Assembly (NCBI GenBank): GCA_964552135.1
Contig: CAZKHC010000001.1
Location: 1-53,978, forward strand
Origin: an uncultured Algimonas sp.
GTDB lineage: Bacteria > Pseudomonadota > Alphaproteobacteria > Caulobacterales > Maricaulaceae
Length of the DNA: 53,978 bases
Direction of reading: 5' to 3'
Shown in pieces: positions 1 to 9,153 of the stretch; positions within the stretch are counted from its first letter, which is position 1, and each line of letters opens with the position of its first letter. Made by a program: the position numbers and the translations under genes. The notes beneath the pieces were generated by a model. That model was not told where the DNA came from. It was given only the letters and a program-made list of their open reading frames with translations, and did no database searches.

Positions 1-632
1 GCATATTTAATCAGCAAATCCGTGAGGTTGGCGAAGTGATAGCTTTCATGCTTATCGGCGCATGTTTCAATGGGCACGATAGTACGATAGCCGTAGGACA
101 GGCTATCCACAGCAGTAGCGCGGACGCAGCCTGATGTGCTGCCTCCTGTAACAACAACCGTATCAATTTTGTGGAAGGTTAAAAAGCTATTGAGCGGCGT
201 TTCAAAAAAGGCACTCGGCATACGCTTTGTATAAACGGCATCAACATCGCGGTGAATATCAAGACGATCATCAAATTCAGTGCGCTCACTGCCATATTTG
301 ATATTTTGTAGGCTATCAGGCGTATCTGTACGTGTACCCCAAACCCCGCAATCCGCTGCATTTTCCATATAGGCCACATGTGTCCAAATAACGGGCAAGC
401 CCTTCGCGCGGGCGGTTTTGGAAATATTATTGATGTGCTCCATCTGCCGTGGATCAGTGACATAACCTGTTTTGTACAAATCAGGACGCGTATATGATTT
501 TTGCGGATCGACATTGACGATGGCCATACGATTCCCAAAGCCAAAACGCTTGCGCGCAGGATTGGCTCGAATCTCTTCAAAAATTTGTCTGGCGGTTTTA
601 TCTGATAAAACCATTGTAGATTCTGTGCTCAT
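1..632 (-). CDS. Isochorismatase/cysteine hydrolase family amidohydrolase (maleamate or N-carbamoylsarcosine amidase-like); 3' end outside window
   Basis: Not in the ORF track. Manual translation from ATG 632 gives MSTESTMVLSDK...VNVDPQKSY...YTKRMPSAFFET...VVVTGGSTSGCVRATAVD...LLIKYA, with the Asp-Lys-Cys triad intact. Confidence 0.9.
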   Translation of the reverse strand, partial: MSTESTMVLSDKTARQIFEEIRANPARKRFGFGNRMAIVNVDPQKSYTRPDLYKTGYVTDPRQMEHINNISKTARAKGLPVIWTHVAYMENAADCGVWGTRTDTPDSLQNIKYGSERTEFDDRLDIHRDVDAVYTKRMPSAFFETPLNSFLTFHKIDTVVVTGGSTSGCVRATAVDSLSYGYRTIVPIETCADKHESYHFANLTDLLIKY

Positions 633-666
633 AATTATCTCAAAGCTTATATTGAGCCTGCTTTAC

Positions 667-680
667 TTGATGCACCTCAA
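667..680. promoter_or_regulatory. FNR/FixK-like box TTGAT-GCAC-CTCAA
   Basis: 9/10 match to TTGAT-N4-ATCAA, centred in the divergent intergenic region. Confidence 0.6.
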
Positions 681-714
681 TTCCTAAATGTGATAACATG
701 AAAATATCTACCCT

Positions 715-1641
715 ATGAAAGATAAAATTCTTATATCCGAGGTTGGTCCGCGTGACGGCCTGCAAAACTGCAAAGGCGTTATGCCGACGGATGTCAAAAA
801 ACGCTGGATAAAAGGGCTTTATGACGCGGGCGTGCGCGAGATCGAAGTCGGCAGTTTTGTACCGCCTAAGCTTTTCCCGCAACTCGCCGATACGGCTGAA
901 ATAGTCGCTTACGCCAAGACGTTACCAGATTTACGGGTTTTGGCTTTGGTGCCAAACCTACGCGGCGCGAAAGGGGCTATTGCCGCGGGCGTGACTTCTA
1001 TCGGCTTTCCACTCTCATGTTCTGAGACCCATTCCATGAAAAACTTGCGTCAGACTCATGATCAGGCGATTGAAAATGTTGCAGCGATTGCGGCCTTGAT
1101 TAAAGAGCAGCCTGAGGGACAAAGCCCTGAATTTGAGGGCGCGCTATCTACGGCTTTCGGCTGTTCTATTGTTGGTGAAGTGCCCGAAGATAAAGTCGTT
1201 GAATTGGCAGAGCGCCTTGTTGAGGCAGGGGTGGATGAACTCGGCTTGTCCGATACGGTTGGTTATGCCAGCCCGAAATCCGTGAAAAGTCTAATCCGTA
1301 AAGTTCGGGCCGTAGCGGGGGATGAGAAGGTTAAATCCGTACATCTTCACAACACGTACGGTCTTGGCATTGCCAACGCTTTTGCCGCTTATGAAGAAGG
1401 TATTGAAGTTTTTGATAGCTCCCAAGGAGGTTTAGGTGGCTGCCCGGCGTCACCTGGGGCGAGCGGGAATATTGTGACTGAAGATCTTGTTTACATGTTC
1501 GAAGCGATGGGTGTGGATACAGGTATAGATTTGGATAAGCTTATGGATTGCCGCGAGTATCTTGCTGAAGGCCTACCAGGAGAACCAATTTATGGTATGA
1601 CCCCCAATGCGGGTTTGCCGATGGGGTTTCAGCAGACCTGA
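715..1641 (+). CDS. Hydroxymethylglutaryl-CoA lyase family (DRE-TIM) C-C lyase
   Basis: Motifs [17 protein letters not shown] and GGLGGCP. Confidence 0.9.
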   Translation: MKDKILISEVGPRDGLQNCKGVMPTDVKKRWIKGLYDAGVREIEVGSFVPPKLFPQLADTAEIVAYAKTLPDLRVLALVPNLRGAKGAIAAGVTSIGFPLSCSETHSMKNLRQTHDQAIENVAAIAALIKEQPEGQSPEFEGALSTAFGCSIVGEVPEDKVVELAERLVEAGVDELGLSDTVGYASPKSVKSLIRKVRAVAGDEKVKSVHLHNTYGLGIANAFAAYEEGIEVFDSSQGGLGGCPASPGASGNIVTEDLVYMFEAMGVDTGIDLDKLMDCREYLAEGLPGEPIYGMTPNAGLPMGFQQT

Positions 1642-2690
1642 TAACTCAGGAATTCTACGTCGGTAGATAAATATCCCTTTTTTACAGCTTCTGTCTTGGT
1701 GAGGTCTGTGGAAAGGTATTTTTTGTTATCATCGCAGAAAATTGTGACAACACGTGCATCGGATTGCATCCGGTTCTGTACTTTCAGGCCTGCAATCAGG
1801 TTTGCGCCGGAGGATATACCTACGGCCAGGCCGAGTTCAGCGGAGAGTTTCTGCGCCATTATGATTCCGTCACCGTCATTTACGCTAATTACCTCGTCCA
1901 GTGTGTTGAGGCAGCAAATATCAGGAATAAAATCATCTGATACGCCCTGAATACGGTGCTTGCCGACTTTATAACCGGTAGAAAGAGTTGGGCTTTCTGC
2001 CGGTTCCATTGGATGGATTTTTACATTGGCATTATAGGCCCGCAGAGCATTGCCCACACCCATGACCGTGCCACCTGTGCCCACGCCTGCAACAAAGGCA
2101 TCAGGTACGTATCCGAGTTGACTCATTATTTCTGGCCCTGTCGAGCCGCAATGGGCGTTGCAATTATCGGGATTAGAAAATTGACGTGGCAGGAAAACAT
2201 CATTCCGTTCGCACGCGAGATTTTCAGCCATTTCGATTGACCCCAAAAATCCGCCTTCCGAGTGACTGACTAGCACAACATCTGCCCCATAACTTCGCAT
2301 GAGCGAGATACGCTCTTGGCTCATCCAATCAGGCATATAAATACGGACGGGATGGCCCAGAGCTTTCCCGAGCGCGCAAAAGGCAATGCCTGCATTGCCA
2401 CTTGTCGCTTCGACAATCATATCGCCCTTACGCAGCGAGCCCGTCTTGTATGCGCACTTCAAAACTTCCAGCGCCATCCGGTCTTTGATGGAGCCTGAAA
2501 GGTTGAAATATTCTAACTTAGCATGAATCGTTCGTGACTGCCCTTTATATAAAAAATTTATTGCAATTAAGGGTGTGTTGCCAACAAGGCGTTCGATTGT
2601 TTCAAACATTGGCGGTAGAGCATTGGCAGGAGCCTCTGGAGCCAGTGATGGGTTAATCTGGGTATTATCTATTGATGACCTTTGTAACAT
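1629..2690 (-). CDS. PLP-dependent cysteine synthase family protein (CysK/CysM-like)
   Basis: Motifs [22 protein letters not shown] and GVGTGGT. Confidence 0.88.
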   Translation of the reverse strand: MLQRSSIDNTQINPSLAPEAPANALPPMFETIERLVGNTPLIAINFLYKGQSRTIHAKLEYFNLSGSIKDRMALEVLKCAYKTGSLRKGDMIVEATSGNAGIAFCALGKALGHPVRIYMPDWMSQERISLMRSYGADVVLVSHSEGGFLGSIEMAENLACERNDVFLPRQFSNPDNCNAHCGSTGPEIMSQLGYVPDAFVAGVGTGGTVMGVGNALRAYNANVKIHPMEPAESPTLSTGYKVGKHRIQGVSDDFIPDICCLNTLDEVISVNDGDGIIMAQKLSAELGLAVGISSGANLIAGLKVQNRMQSDARVVTIFCDDNKKYLSTDLTKTEAVKKGYLSTDVEFLSYQVC

Positions 2691-2803
2691 AAAATCCTCG
2701 AATTTATTTCTAATTCGAATAATAACCTCGTCAAAATCAAAATATTTATAATAAATTCATCTAAATAGATTGAATTTGCTAATAATATTTGATAAATACT
2801 TGT

Positions 2804-3268
2804 ATGGTCGAAAATTTACACCCAAATGATATTGAGATTTTGAAAAAACTTCAACGTGATGCGTCTCGATCTCTTGAGTCGATAGCAGACGAAATAGGAG
2901 TTTCGCTCAATACATGTTGGCGTCGAGTGCAGAAACTAGAAGAGATCGGTATTATTCAGCGCCGTGTTGCTTTGGTCGATAGCGATAAAGTTGACCTTCC
3001 GCTCACAGTCTTTGTCTCTATACGAACAGATGACCATTCCAAAGAGTGGGCGGATGCGTTTTCAAAGGCCGTTAACAACATGCCTGAAATAGTGGAGTTC
3101 TATCGCCTTGCCGGGGATGTGGATTATATCTTGAAAATCATTGTCGGTAATGTTGCTGACTATGACCGTGTGTATCAACGCCTTATTTCCAAGATTCGGC
3201 TTTCTGATGTCTCCGCTAGCTTTGCTATGGAAAAGATGAAATTTACTACGGAACTTCCGCTTCGTTAA
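2804..3268 (+). CDS. Lrp/AsnC family regulator, DecR(YbaO)-like
   Basis: N-terminal HTH with CWRRVQKLE, then FYRLAGDVDY and SFAMEKMKFTTELP. Divergent from the cysteine synthase gene. ATG 2804 preferred over TTG 2789. Confidence 0.85.
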   Translation: MVENLHPNDIEILKKLQRDASRSLESIADEIGVSLNTCWRRVQKLEEIGIIQRRVALVDSDKVDLPLTVFVSIRTDDHSKEWADAFSKAVNNMPEIVEFYRLAGDVDYILKIIVGNVADYDRVYQRLISKIRLSDVSASFAMEKMKFTTELPLR

Positions 3269-4065
3269 TCAAGCCCTGCTTTTACGGCCTCAACGGCGTC
3301 CTGTGTAAAAGCAGTTAAAAAACCAATGCCCCAATCAGGGTAATTTCTAATTTCGCCATTCTTCAAATAAGGCTCTGCACGGAGTGTGGCGTCAAAAATA
3401 AGGTCGCCAGGATTTAGAACTATGATACGGTGATCAAGGTTGGACAGTTTTTGCGTGAACTCGGAGGCATAGTCAAAGGCCGCAAAATGGCCCCATTCAT
3501 AGGCTTCGCCCGCGCGAAAGTTTTCAGCATAAGCAACGGCAAGGTCTTGGAGGGATACGCCCGGGCCGCGATATTTTATAGATTTCGCCCACATCTCTTT
3601 AAACCGTGTCCCGGCTTCATCCATAGGTACGGTTGTAAACATTTTTTTGAAAGCCGCGATTTCGGCTGGGTTATAAATAGGAGAGGAAATAAGAACAATT
3701 TTTTCGATTGCTTTCGGGCGTTGCGTTGCCATCTCTACAGCCACGGACGAACCAGTGTGATTGCCTAATAAGTCAACTTTTTTGTGGCCTAAAGCTTCAA
3801 TAATCGCCCATGCTGAACGGGCATAATTAGGTATAGTGGCATCTTCAAAAGTGGACGGAATATCAGACTCTCCATGGCCTGGATTATCTATTGCGACGAT
3901 AAGGCGATCCGTTGCGGCCTGTTCCATAAATTTTGTAAATTCTCGCCCTGATTTCGGACTTTGATGTAAGCAAATTAAGGGGTTTTTATCAGATGGTTGT
4001 CCCGCCACGCGGATATGAACTTGACCATAAGGGCCATCCACAAACTGCCGGCGAGTGCTAATCAT
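3265..4065 (-). CDS. Alpha/beta-fold hydrolase with GNHTG elbow
   Basis: Motifs LHQSP, IDNPGHGESD and LLGNHTG. Start 4065 overlaps the upstream stop codon. Confidence 0.85.
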   Translation of the reverse strand: MISTRRQFVDGPYGQVHIRVAGQPSDKNPLICLHQSPKSGREFTKFMEQAATDRLIVAIDNPGHGESDIPSTFEDATIPNYARSAWAIIEALGHKKVDLLGNHTGSSVAVEMATQRPKAIEKIVLISSPIYNPAEIAAFKKMFTTVPMDEAGTRFKEMWAKSIKYRGPGVSLQDLAVAYAENFRAGEAYEWGHFAAFDYASEFTQKLSNLDHRIIVLNPGDLIFDATLRAEPYLKNGEIRNYPDWGIGFLTAFTQDAVEAVKAGLD

Positions 4066-4423
4066 TTTTAGCAAGTTCATGGCCGATTTCTTCCGAAGTC
4101 GGCTCATTGGGTGTTTCTAAGCCTTCTATTTCCTGTTGGTAGATACGGAAAATTCGCGCTAGATATTCTTGTGTCCAAGCGCCCCGTTCTTCAGCGACCG
4201 GTTTGGACGGTGTGTAACTCTCAATATCAGCGCGCGTTACAGTGTCTTTTTCTTCCAAAAGGCGTTCAATTGTATCCATCCGCTCTCGCATTACAGCGAC
4301 CTCTTGGGCTAAGGCCATTGTTACCGCTAAGACGCGTTCGACATCCTGATCTTTGAGGAAATAAGGGCGTTTGCCTTTGGGCTTTGCACCCGCAAGTTTT
4401 AAGGGGTCAATGTGTTTGGACAT
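4058..4423 (-). CDS. Hypothetical protein (121 aa, coiled-coil-like)
   Basis: TAATG coupling to the methyltransferase stop. Sequence MSKHIDPLKLAGAKPKGKRPYF...LAQEVAVMRERMDTIERLL. Confidence 0.75.
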   Translation of the reverse strand: MSKHIDPLKLAGAKPKGKRPYFLKDQDVERVLAVTMALAQEVAVMRERMDTIERLLEEKDTVTRADIESYTPSKPVAEERGAWTQEYLARIFRIYQQEIEGLETPNEPTSEEIGHELAKND

Positions 4424-5631
4424 TAGGCAGCTTTCTGAACGTCTGCTTTTTTTTGAGCCCCAACAATATGCCAAGCGGCTTTCCGGCCATAATCTTCAAC
4501 CTCCTCTTCACCTTGTACGGGAAAGAGTGTTGCATCAACAACGGCCGCGACGCCGCCATGAACAAGCTCATCACGAGAGAATCCGGCATCAACCATCCAT
4601 TGGACGAGGTCTAGCTCGTGCATTTTCGTCCAGAATGGCTCGTTGTTATAAAACGCATCCCAATCACGAATAGCTTGCTCATAAAGCGGCATATCAGCGG
4701 CATATTGAGGCTGCTCGACATGCATAACGAGGCCCCCTGGCGCGAGCAGGCGATGGCTTTCTTTCATAATGCGCGGCATGGATTTAACCGATGTTTCATG
4801 CAGGAACATGGTTGATTGTACCCAGTCAAAATGATTATCAGGATACATAGATAAGTCTTCGGCGTTGGCTTGGACAAATGTCACATTTTCGACGCCAAGG
4901 GATTTAGCTCGGGCTAAGCCGTAACGCAAAACTGGCGCGCCGGTATCAACACAAACTATTTCCGCATCTGAGAAGGCTTTGGCGATGGGCAGGACATTCT
5001 GCCCAAGCCCCCCCCCAATATCAAGAATGCGCTTGGGCGCAAAGTCAGGGCGGTTCTTTTTCATCCATGCGACTACGGCTTCGCCGCCGCCATCAGAATA
5101 ACGGCCCAAGCCGCCGCCTGTGGTGACGAAAATGCCGACATCATAATTCGCCGCACCAGTGACGTCGCCTGGGACGATTTCGTCGTGATAGCTGCCCGGC
5201 ATGCAGTGGTGATCAATCGCAGCGAGGTAGCGCGGTAGCTCTAAGTTAGGATTGAGGACAAGACGCGGGTCGCCTTTAGTCATTTCTTCGGCTTTGGCGT
5301 TTAGCTCTTCGGCTTGACGTAATGTGACCCAACGACCAGCTTGTTGGCGTAATTCCATTGTCCCGCGCCTTAGAGCGCTCCAATGCTGAAAGAGAGGGTC
5401 TTCGAGCAAAGCCTTCCGGACTTGATTGCGGTGTTTTGGTTTCGGGTTTTTTGGCTTAACCCGTGTTTCATAGGCCGTCTTCACACCGGGAAGAAAGTTC
5501 GATGCCAAGTGACGATTCATATGGGCTAGAAAATTAAACCGCGCCTTCTCATCATGGCTTGTCTCAGGCGACATGCCGTGAATGCCGACATTGCGGTAAT
5601 CTGGTGGCCCATCGTAACGTTTTGCAGACAT
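4423..5631 (-). CDS. Class I SAM-dependent methyltransferase with long N-terminal extension
   Basis: RILDIGGGLG motif I, VQANAEDL, MFLHE and LLAPGG. Confidence 0.85.
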   Translation of the reverse strand: MSAKRYDGPPDYRNVGIHGMSPETSHDEKARFNFLAHMNRHLASNFLPGVKTAYETRVKPKNPKPKHRNQVRKALLEDPLFQHWSALRRGTMELRQQAGRWVTLRQAEELNAKAEEMTKGDPRLVLNPNLELPRYLAAIDHHCMPGSYHDEIVPGDVTGAANYDVGIFVTTGGGLGRYSDGGGEAVVAWMKKNRPDFAPKRILDIGGGLGQNVLPIAKAFSDAEIVCVDTGAPVLRYGLARAKSLGVENVTFVQANAEDLSMYPDNHFDWVQSTMFLHETSVKSMPRIMKESHRLLAPGGLVMHVEQPQYAADMPLYEQAIRDWDAFYNNEPFWTKMHELDLVQWMVDAGFSRDELVHGGVAAVVDATLFPVQGEEEVEDYGRKAAWHIVGAQKKADVQKAA

Positions 5632-5681
5632 AATTATTCCTTCAATATTATGCTTGATACGGGCGAGCCGCTTAAAATGAG

Positions 5682-5695
5682 TTGACGAAAGTCAA
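5682..5695. promoter_or_regulatory. Perfect palindromic Crp/Fnr-type box TTGAC-GAAA-GTCAA
   Basis: Lies in the divergent promoter region between the methyltransferase operon and the hapK operon. Confidence 0.65.
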
Positions 5696-5762
5696 GGCAC
5701 TGTGGTTCCAAGCCATCACAAAGACATTACCAATAAAGATGTTAACAATACTGGAGGTGATC

Positions 5763-6074
5763 ATGGCCGCGAAAATTCTAGCTCTTTTTAACTTAAAACC
5801 TGATGTATCAGTGACGGATTATGAGGCGTGGGCCAAATCCATAGATATACCGACAGTTAATGGTTTGGGGTCTATCGAAAAATTTGAAGTCTTCAAGACG
5901 ACGGGCCTTTTGTTCTCTGACGATAAGCCGCCTTACCAATATTTCGAAACGATTGATGTTCTAGACATGGATAAATTTGGCGAAGAAGCTGGCAGTGAGA
6001 CCATGCAAAAAATTGCGGCTGAGTTTCAGGCCATGGCCGATAATCTTGTTTTTATTACGACTGAGCAGCTTTAA
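5763..6074 (+). CDS. REDY-like protein HapK family (dimeric alpha+beta barrel)
   Basis: LFNLKPDVSVTDYEAWAKSIDIPTVNGLGSIEKFEV...PPYQYFETIDV. GGAGG Shine-Dalgarno before ATG 5763. Confidence 0.75.
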   Translation: MAAKILALFNLKPDVSVTDYEAWAKSIDIPTVNGLGSIEKFEVFKTTGLLFSDDKPPYQYFETIDVLDMDKFGEEAGSETMQKIAAEFQAMADNLVFITTEQL

Positions 6075-6907
6075 TGAAGTTTAGGGGTAAAACAGCCGTA
6101 ATCACAGGCTCGGGTCGCCGCGGTGGTTTGGGGGAGGCTATTGCGCTGCGCCTTGCTAAAGACGGAGCGAATATTGTGATCTCTGATATTGGTCAATCAC
6201 GCGACGCGGCTACGGGGGCCGAGCATATTGGCTCTACGGATGAAATGGAGTCCATCGCCGAAGAGCTTCGCGGTATGGGCGTAGAAGCTAGCACCCATGT
6301 GTGCGATGTGCGTTCCCTTGAGGACGTAAGAGGGCTTGCCAATCATGCGTTTAATCGCCACGACAGCCTTGATATTTGGGTCAATAATGCGGGTATTGGC
6401 TATATCATGAAGCCGCTTTTAGAAGTGACCGAGGATGATTGGCGCGCTGTGATTGATGTAAATCTGTCAGGTGCGTTTTTTGGAGTGAAATCCGCCGCTG
6501 AAATCATGGTCAAACAAGGCAGTGGTGGGCGCATTATAAATATAGCGTCCCAAGCCGCGAAATCAGGATTCCCTCATGCGCAGGCTTATACAAGCTCCAA
6601 ACATGGTCTAGTCGGCCTTGTACGGAGCGCGGCAACAGAACTGGGTGAACACAACATCACCGTCAATAATGTCTGCCCAAACCATGTTACGACAGGGCTA
6701 GGGGCTTGGCAGAACGAATATTTCGCTAAGGTCGTTGGGGCCGATAGTGTCGAAGACTATCTCGCCGCTATGGCCGCGCGTATACCGATGGGCCGCCCGG
6801 GTCTGCCCGAAGATACCGCCAATGCCGTGGCTTTTTTATGTTCCGATGATGCGAAATATATTACGGCTGAAAGTATGAATGTATCGGGCGGTGAGGAACC
6901 GCATTAA
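6074..6907 (+). CDS. SDR family NAD(P)-dependent oxidoreductase
   Basis: Motifs TGSGRRGGLG, NNAG and YTSSK. Confidence 0.92.
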   Translation: MKFRGKTAVITGSGRRGGLGEAIALRLAKDGANIVISDIGQSRDAATGAEHIGSTDEMESIAEELRGMGVEASTHVCDVRSLEDVRGLANHAFNRHDSLDIWVNNAGIGYIMKPLLEVTEDDWRAVIDVNLSGAFFGVKSAAEIMVKQGSGGRIINIASQAAKSGFPHAQAYTSSKHGLVGLVRSAATELGEHNITVNNVCPNHVTTGLGAWQNEYFAKVVGADSVEDYLAAMAARIPMGRPGLPEDTANAVAFLCSDDAKYITAESMNVSGGEEPH

Positions 6908-7803
6908 TGATCTATAACGAACCTGCCCCAAAAAATTTCGTCTGGCCTAACGGCGCGAAACTCGCTCTCTCTCTCGTCATTAATGTCGAGGAGGGAGCTG
7001 AGCGTGGTATTTGGCAGGGCGATAAAGCGAATGAGCCTGTCGATGAATTAGTCTCTGGCTTGAAAGCCAAAATCCGTGTGCATGGCAATGAGAGCAATTA
7101 CCAATATGGCATAAATCGCGGCGCGCCGCGCATTTTAAAGCTTCTCAATGCGGCTAATGTGCTTGCGACTTGGACGGTCTGTGCGCAGGCCCTTGAAAAA
7201 GCGCCTTGGATAGCAGAGGCCATCACGAACCGAGGGGATGAGCCCTGTTCGCATGGCTATCGCTGGCTTTTCACGGCATTTATGAGCGAAGAGGAAGAAC
7301 GCGAATTCATCGTAAAAGGCACGGCCTCGATTGAGCAGACATGTGGGCGGAAACCTGTGGGTTACCTCTCCCGTTACCTGCATACGGACCATATTCGACG
7401 CTCGCTGGTCAAAGAGGGTTATCTCTACCATATGGATGATTATTCAGATGACTTCCCGCGCTGGGAGCAAGTAGACATGGGCGACGGGACAACCAAGCCA
7501 CTCGTGATTTTGCCTTATGCTGTAGATAGTAATGATATGAAGTTCTGGCTCGCGCCGAGTTTCACAGCGCAGATGTGGCTGGATTATGCTAAATGCACAT
7601 TTGATGAGCTGCTTGCGGAAGCCAATGAAGAGGGTGCGCGGATGATGAGCTTGGGTTTGCATCTTAGAATTATTGGCCGTCCGGGTCGTATTTGGGCGTT
7701 TCGTGAATTTCTGGACTATGTCAAAGATCGTTCAGATGTCTGGATTGCCCGCCGTGAAGATATTGCTGACCATTTTGCAAGTCAGGTGAAGCCAGATAGG
7801 TGA
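6907..7803 (+). CDS. Polysaccharide deacetylase-fold amidohydrolase, PuuE (allantoinase)-like
   Basis: Motifs INVEEGAE, SNYQYG, HGYRW and LGLHLRIIGRPGR. Confidence 0.82.
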   Translation: MIYNEPAPKNFVWPNGAKLALSLVINVEEGAERGIWQGDKANEPVDELVSGLKAKIRVHGNESNYQYGINRGAPRILKLLNAANVLATWTVCAQALEKAPWIAEAITNRGDEPCSHGYRWLFTAFMSEEEEREFIVKGTASIEQTCGRKPVGYLSRYLHTDHIRRSLVKEGYLYHMDDYSDDFPRWEQVDMGDGTTKPLVILPYAVDSNDMKFWLAPSFTAQMWLDYAKCTFDELLAEANEEGARMMSLGLHLRIIGRPGRIWAFREFLDYVKDRSDVWIARREDIADHFASQVKPDR

Positions 7804-7807
7804 GTCA

Positions 7808-8623
7808 ATGCATTACCGCTCTCAATTATTTGTTCCCGGCAATCGCCCTGACCGATTTGAAAAAGCCTGCCAAGCAGGCGCAGACCTTGTCTGTATTGAC
7901 CTTGAAGATGCAGTCGGGCCAAGTGATAAAGCCCAAGCTCGTAAAGATGTTTTGGGGTGGCTGGCACAGACAAATCACAAACATGTCTCTTTGCGGATGA
8001 ATGGTCTGGATACGGCTGATGGGCACGCCGATATTATGGCGCTTAAAGACAGTGGCCTGACTTTGCCCTATTTGATGATTCCTAAGGTTGCTTCACGGTC
8101 GCAAATGAATGACTTAGATGATGACTTGTCAAATGAATTAGGGCCGTTTTTCGCAATTATAGAAAGCGCAGAAGGCTTGCTAAATTGCGAGGAAATATTC
8201 TCAAATGGACGCGTGAAAATGGGGATGTATGGCGCCGTTGATTACGCGGGGGATGTGGATTGCGATCTGTCTTGGGAGACACATTTATATGCACGCTCAA
8301 GATTAGTAGCTGCGGCAACAGTCCATGATGTTCTTCTATTTGACGTCCCGCATATTGATGTGCGCAATCTGGATGATTGCGAAGCCACAACGCGCCAAGC
8401 TAAAGCGATAGGTATTAAGGCCCGCTCTGCCATTCATCCAGCGCAAATAGAGCGTATTCATACCGCCCTCATGCCGTCCCGTAAAGAGATTGAACAAGCG
8501 GAAAGGGTGATTGCGGCGTATCAAAAGGCAAGCGGAAATGTTGCGCTATTAGACGGTAAATTTATTGAAGCCCCCGTGGTTAAAAAGGCCGAACGTGTCT
8601 TGGCAATAGGAAAGATGATGTAA
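7808..8623 (+). CDS. CitE-like CoA-ester lyase (citryl/malyl/citramalyl-CoA lyase family)
   Basis: Motifs RSQLFVPG, IDLEDAV, IPKV, IIESAEG and IHPAQI. Confidence 0.9.
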   Translation: MHYRSQLFVPGNRPDRFEKACQAGADLVCIDLEDAVGPSDKAQARKDVLGWLAQTNHKHVSLRMNGLDTADGHADIMALKDSGLTLPYLMIPKVASRSQMNDLDDDLSNELGPFFAIIESAEGLLNCEEIFSNGRVKMGMYGAVDYAGDVDCDLSWETHLYARSRLVAAATVHDVLLFDVPHIDVRNLDDCEATTRQAKAIGIKARSAIHPAQIERIHTALMPSRKEIEQAERVIAAYQKASGNVALLDGKFIEAPVVKKAERVLAIGKMM

Positions 8624-9144
8624 TGGTAAAAAGCATAAAAGAGGTCGGGCCAAACCGATTCCGTGAAACATTTGGGCGGTATTATGAAGACTTTGAAGTT
8701 GGTCATATATATGAGCATCGCCCTGGGAAAACCGTGACCGAATATGAAAATCACATGTTTACCTTGATGACGATGAATACTCACCCCATGCATTTTGATA
8801 TTGAATATGCTAAGGCCTCTGAGTTTAAGCAATGTCTTGTGGTTAGCCCTTACACGCTGGCGCTTCTCATCGGTATGTCAGTCTCTGATTGTTCGCAAAA
8901 AGCCATTGCCAATCTCGGCATGGATAAAGTGAAATTCACCGCGCCTGTTTTTGTCGGTGATACGATTTATGGCGAGAGTGAAGTGCTGGGAAAACGCGAG
9001 AGCAAATCTCGTCCCGGTCAAGGTATCGTCACAATTGTAACGCGCGGTTACAAACAGGACGGCACAATGATCTGCACATTTGAGCGTAATATGCTTATTC
9101 CGTCTGAAGGCAACGCCGTCGAAGATAAAGTTGAAAATTACTAG
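8623..9144 (+). CDS. MaoC family dehydratase/hydratase
   Basis: Motifs GRYYEDFEVG, MNTHPMHFD and APVFVGDT. Confidence 0.9.
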   Translation: MVKSIKEVGPNRFRETFGRYYEDFEVGHIYEHRPGKTVTEYENHMFTLMTMNTHPMHFDIEYAKASEFKQCLVVSPYTLALLIGMSVSDCSQKAIANLGMDKVKFTAPVFVGDTIYGESEVLGKRESKSRPGQGIVTIVTRGYKQDGTMICTFERNMLIPSEGNAVEDKVENY

Positions 9145-9153
9145 GTTAAGATC

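Noticed and set aside
179-580. 133-aa minus-strand ORF from the track
   Set aside because: It is out of frame within the real isochorismatase CDS (1..632), which has clear catalytic motifs.
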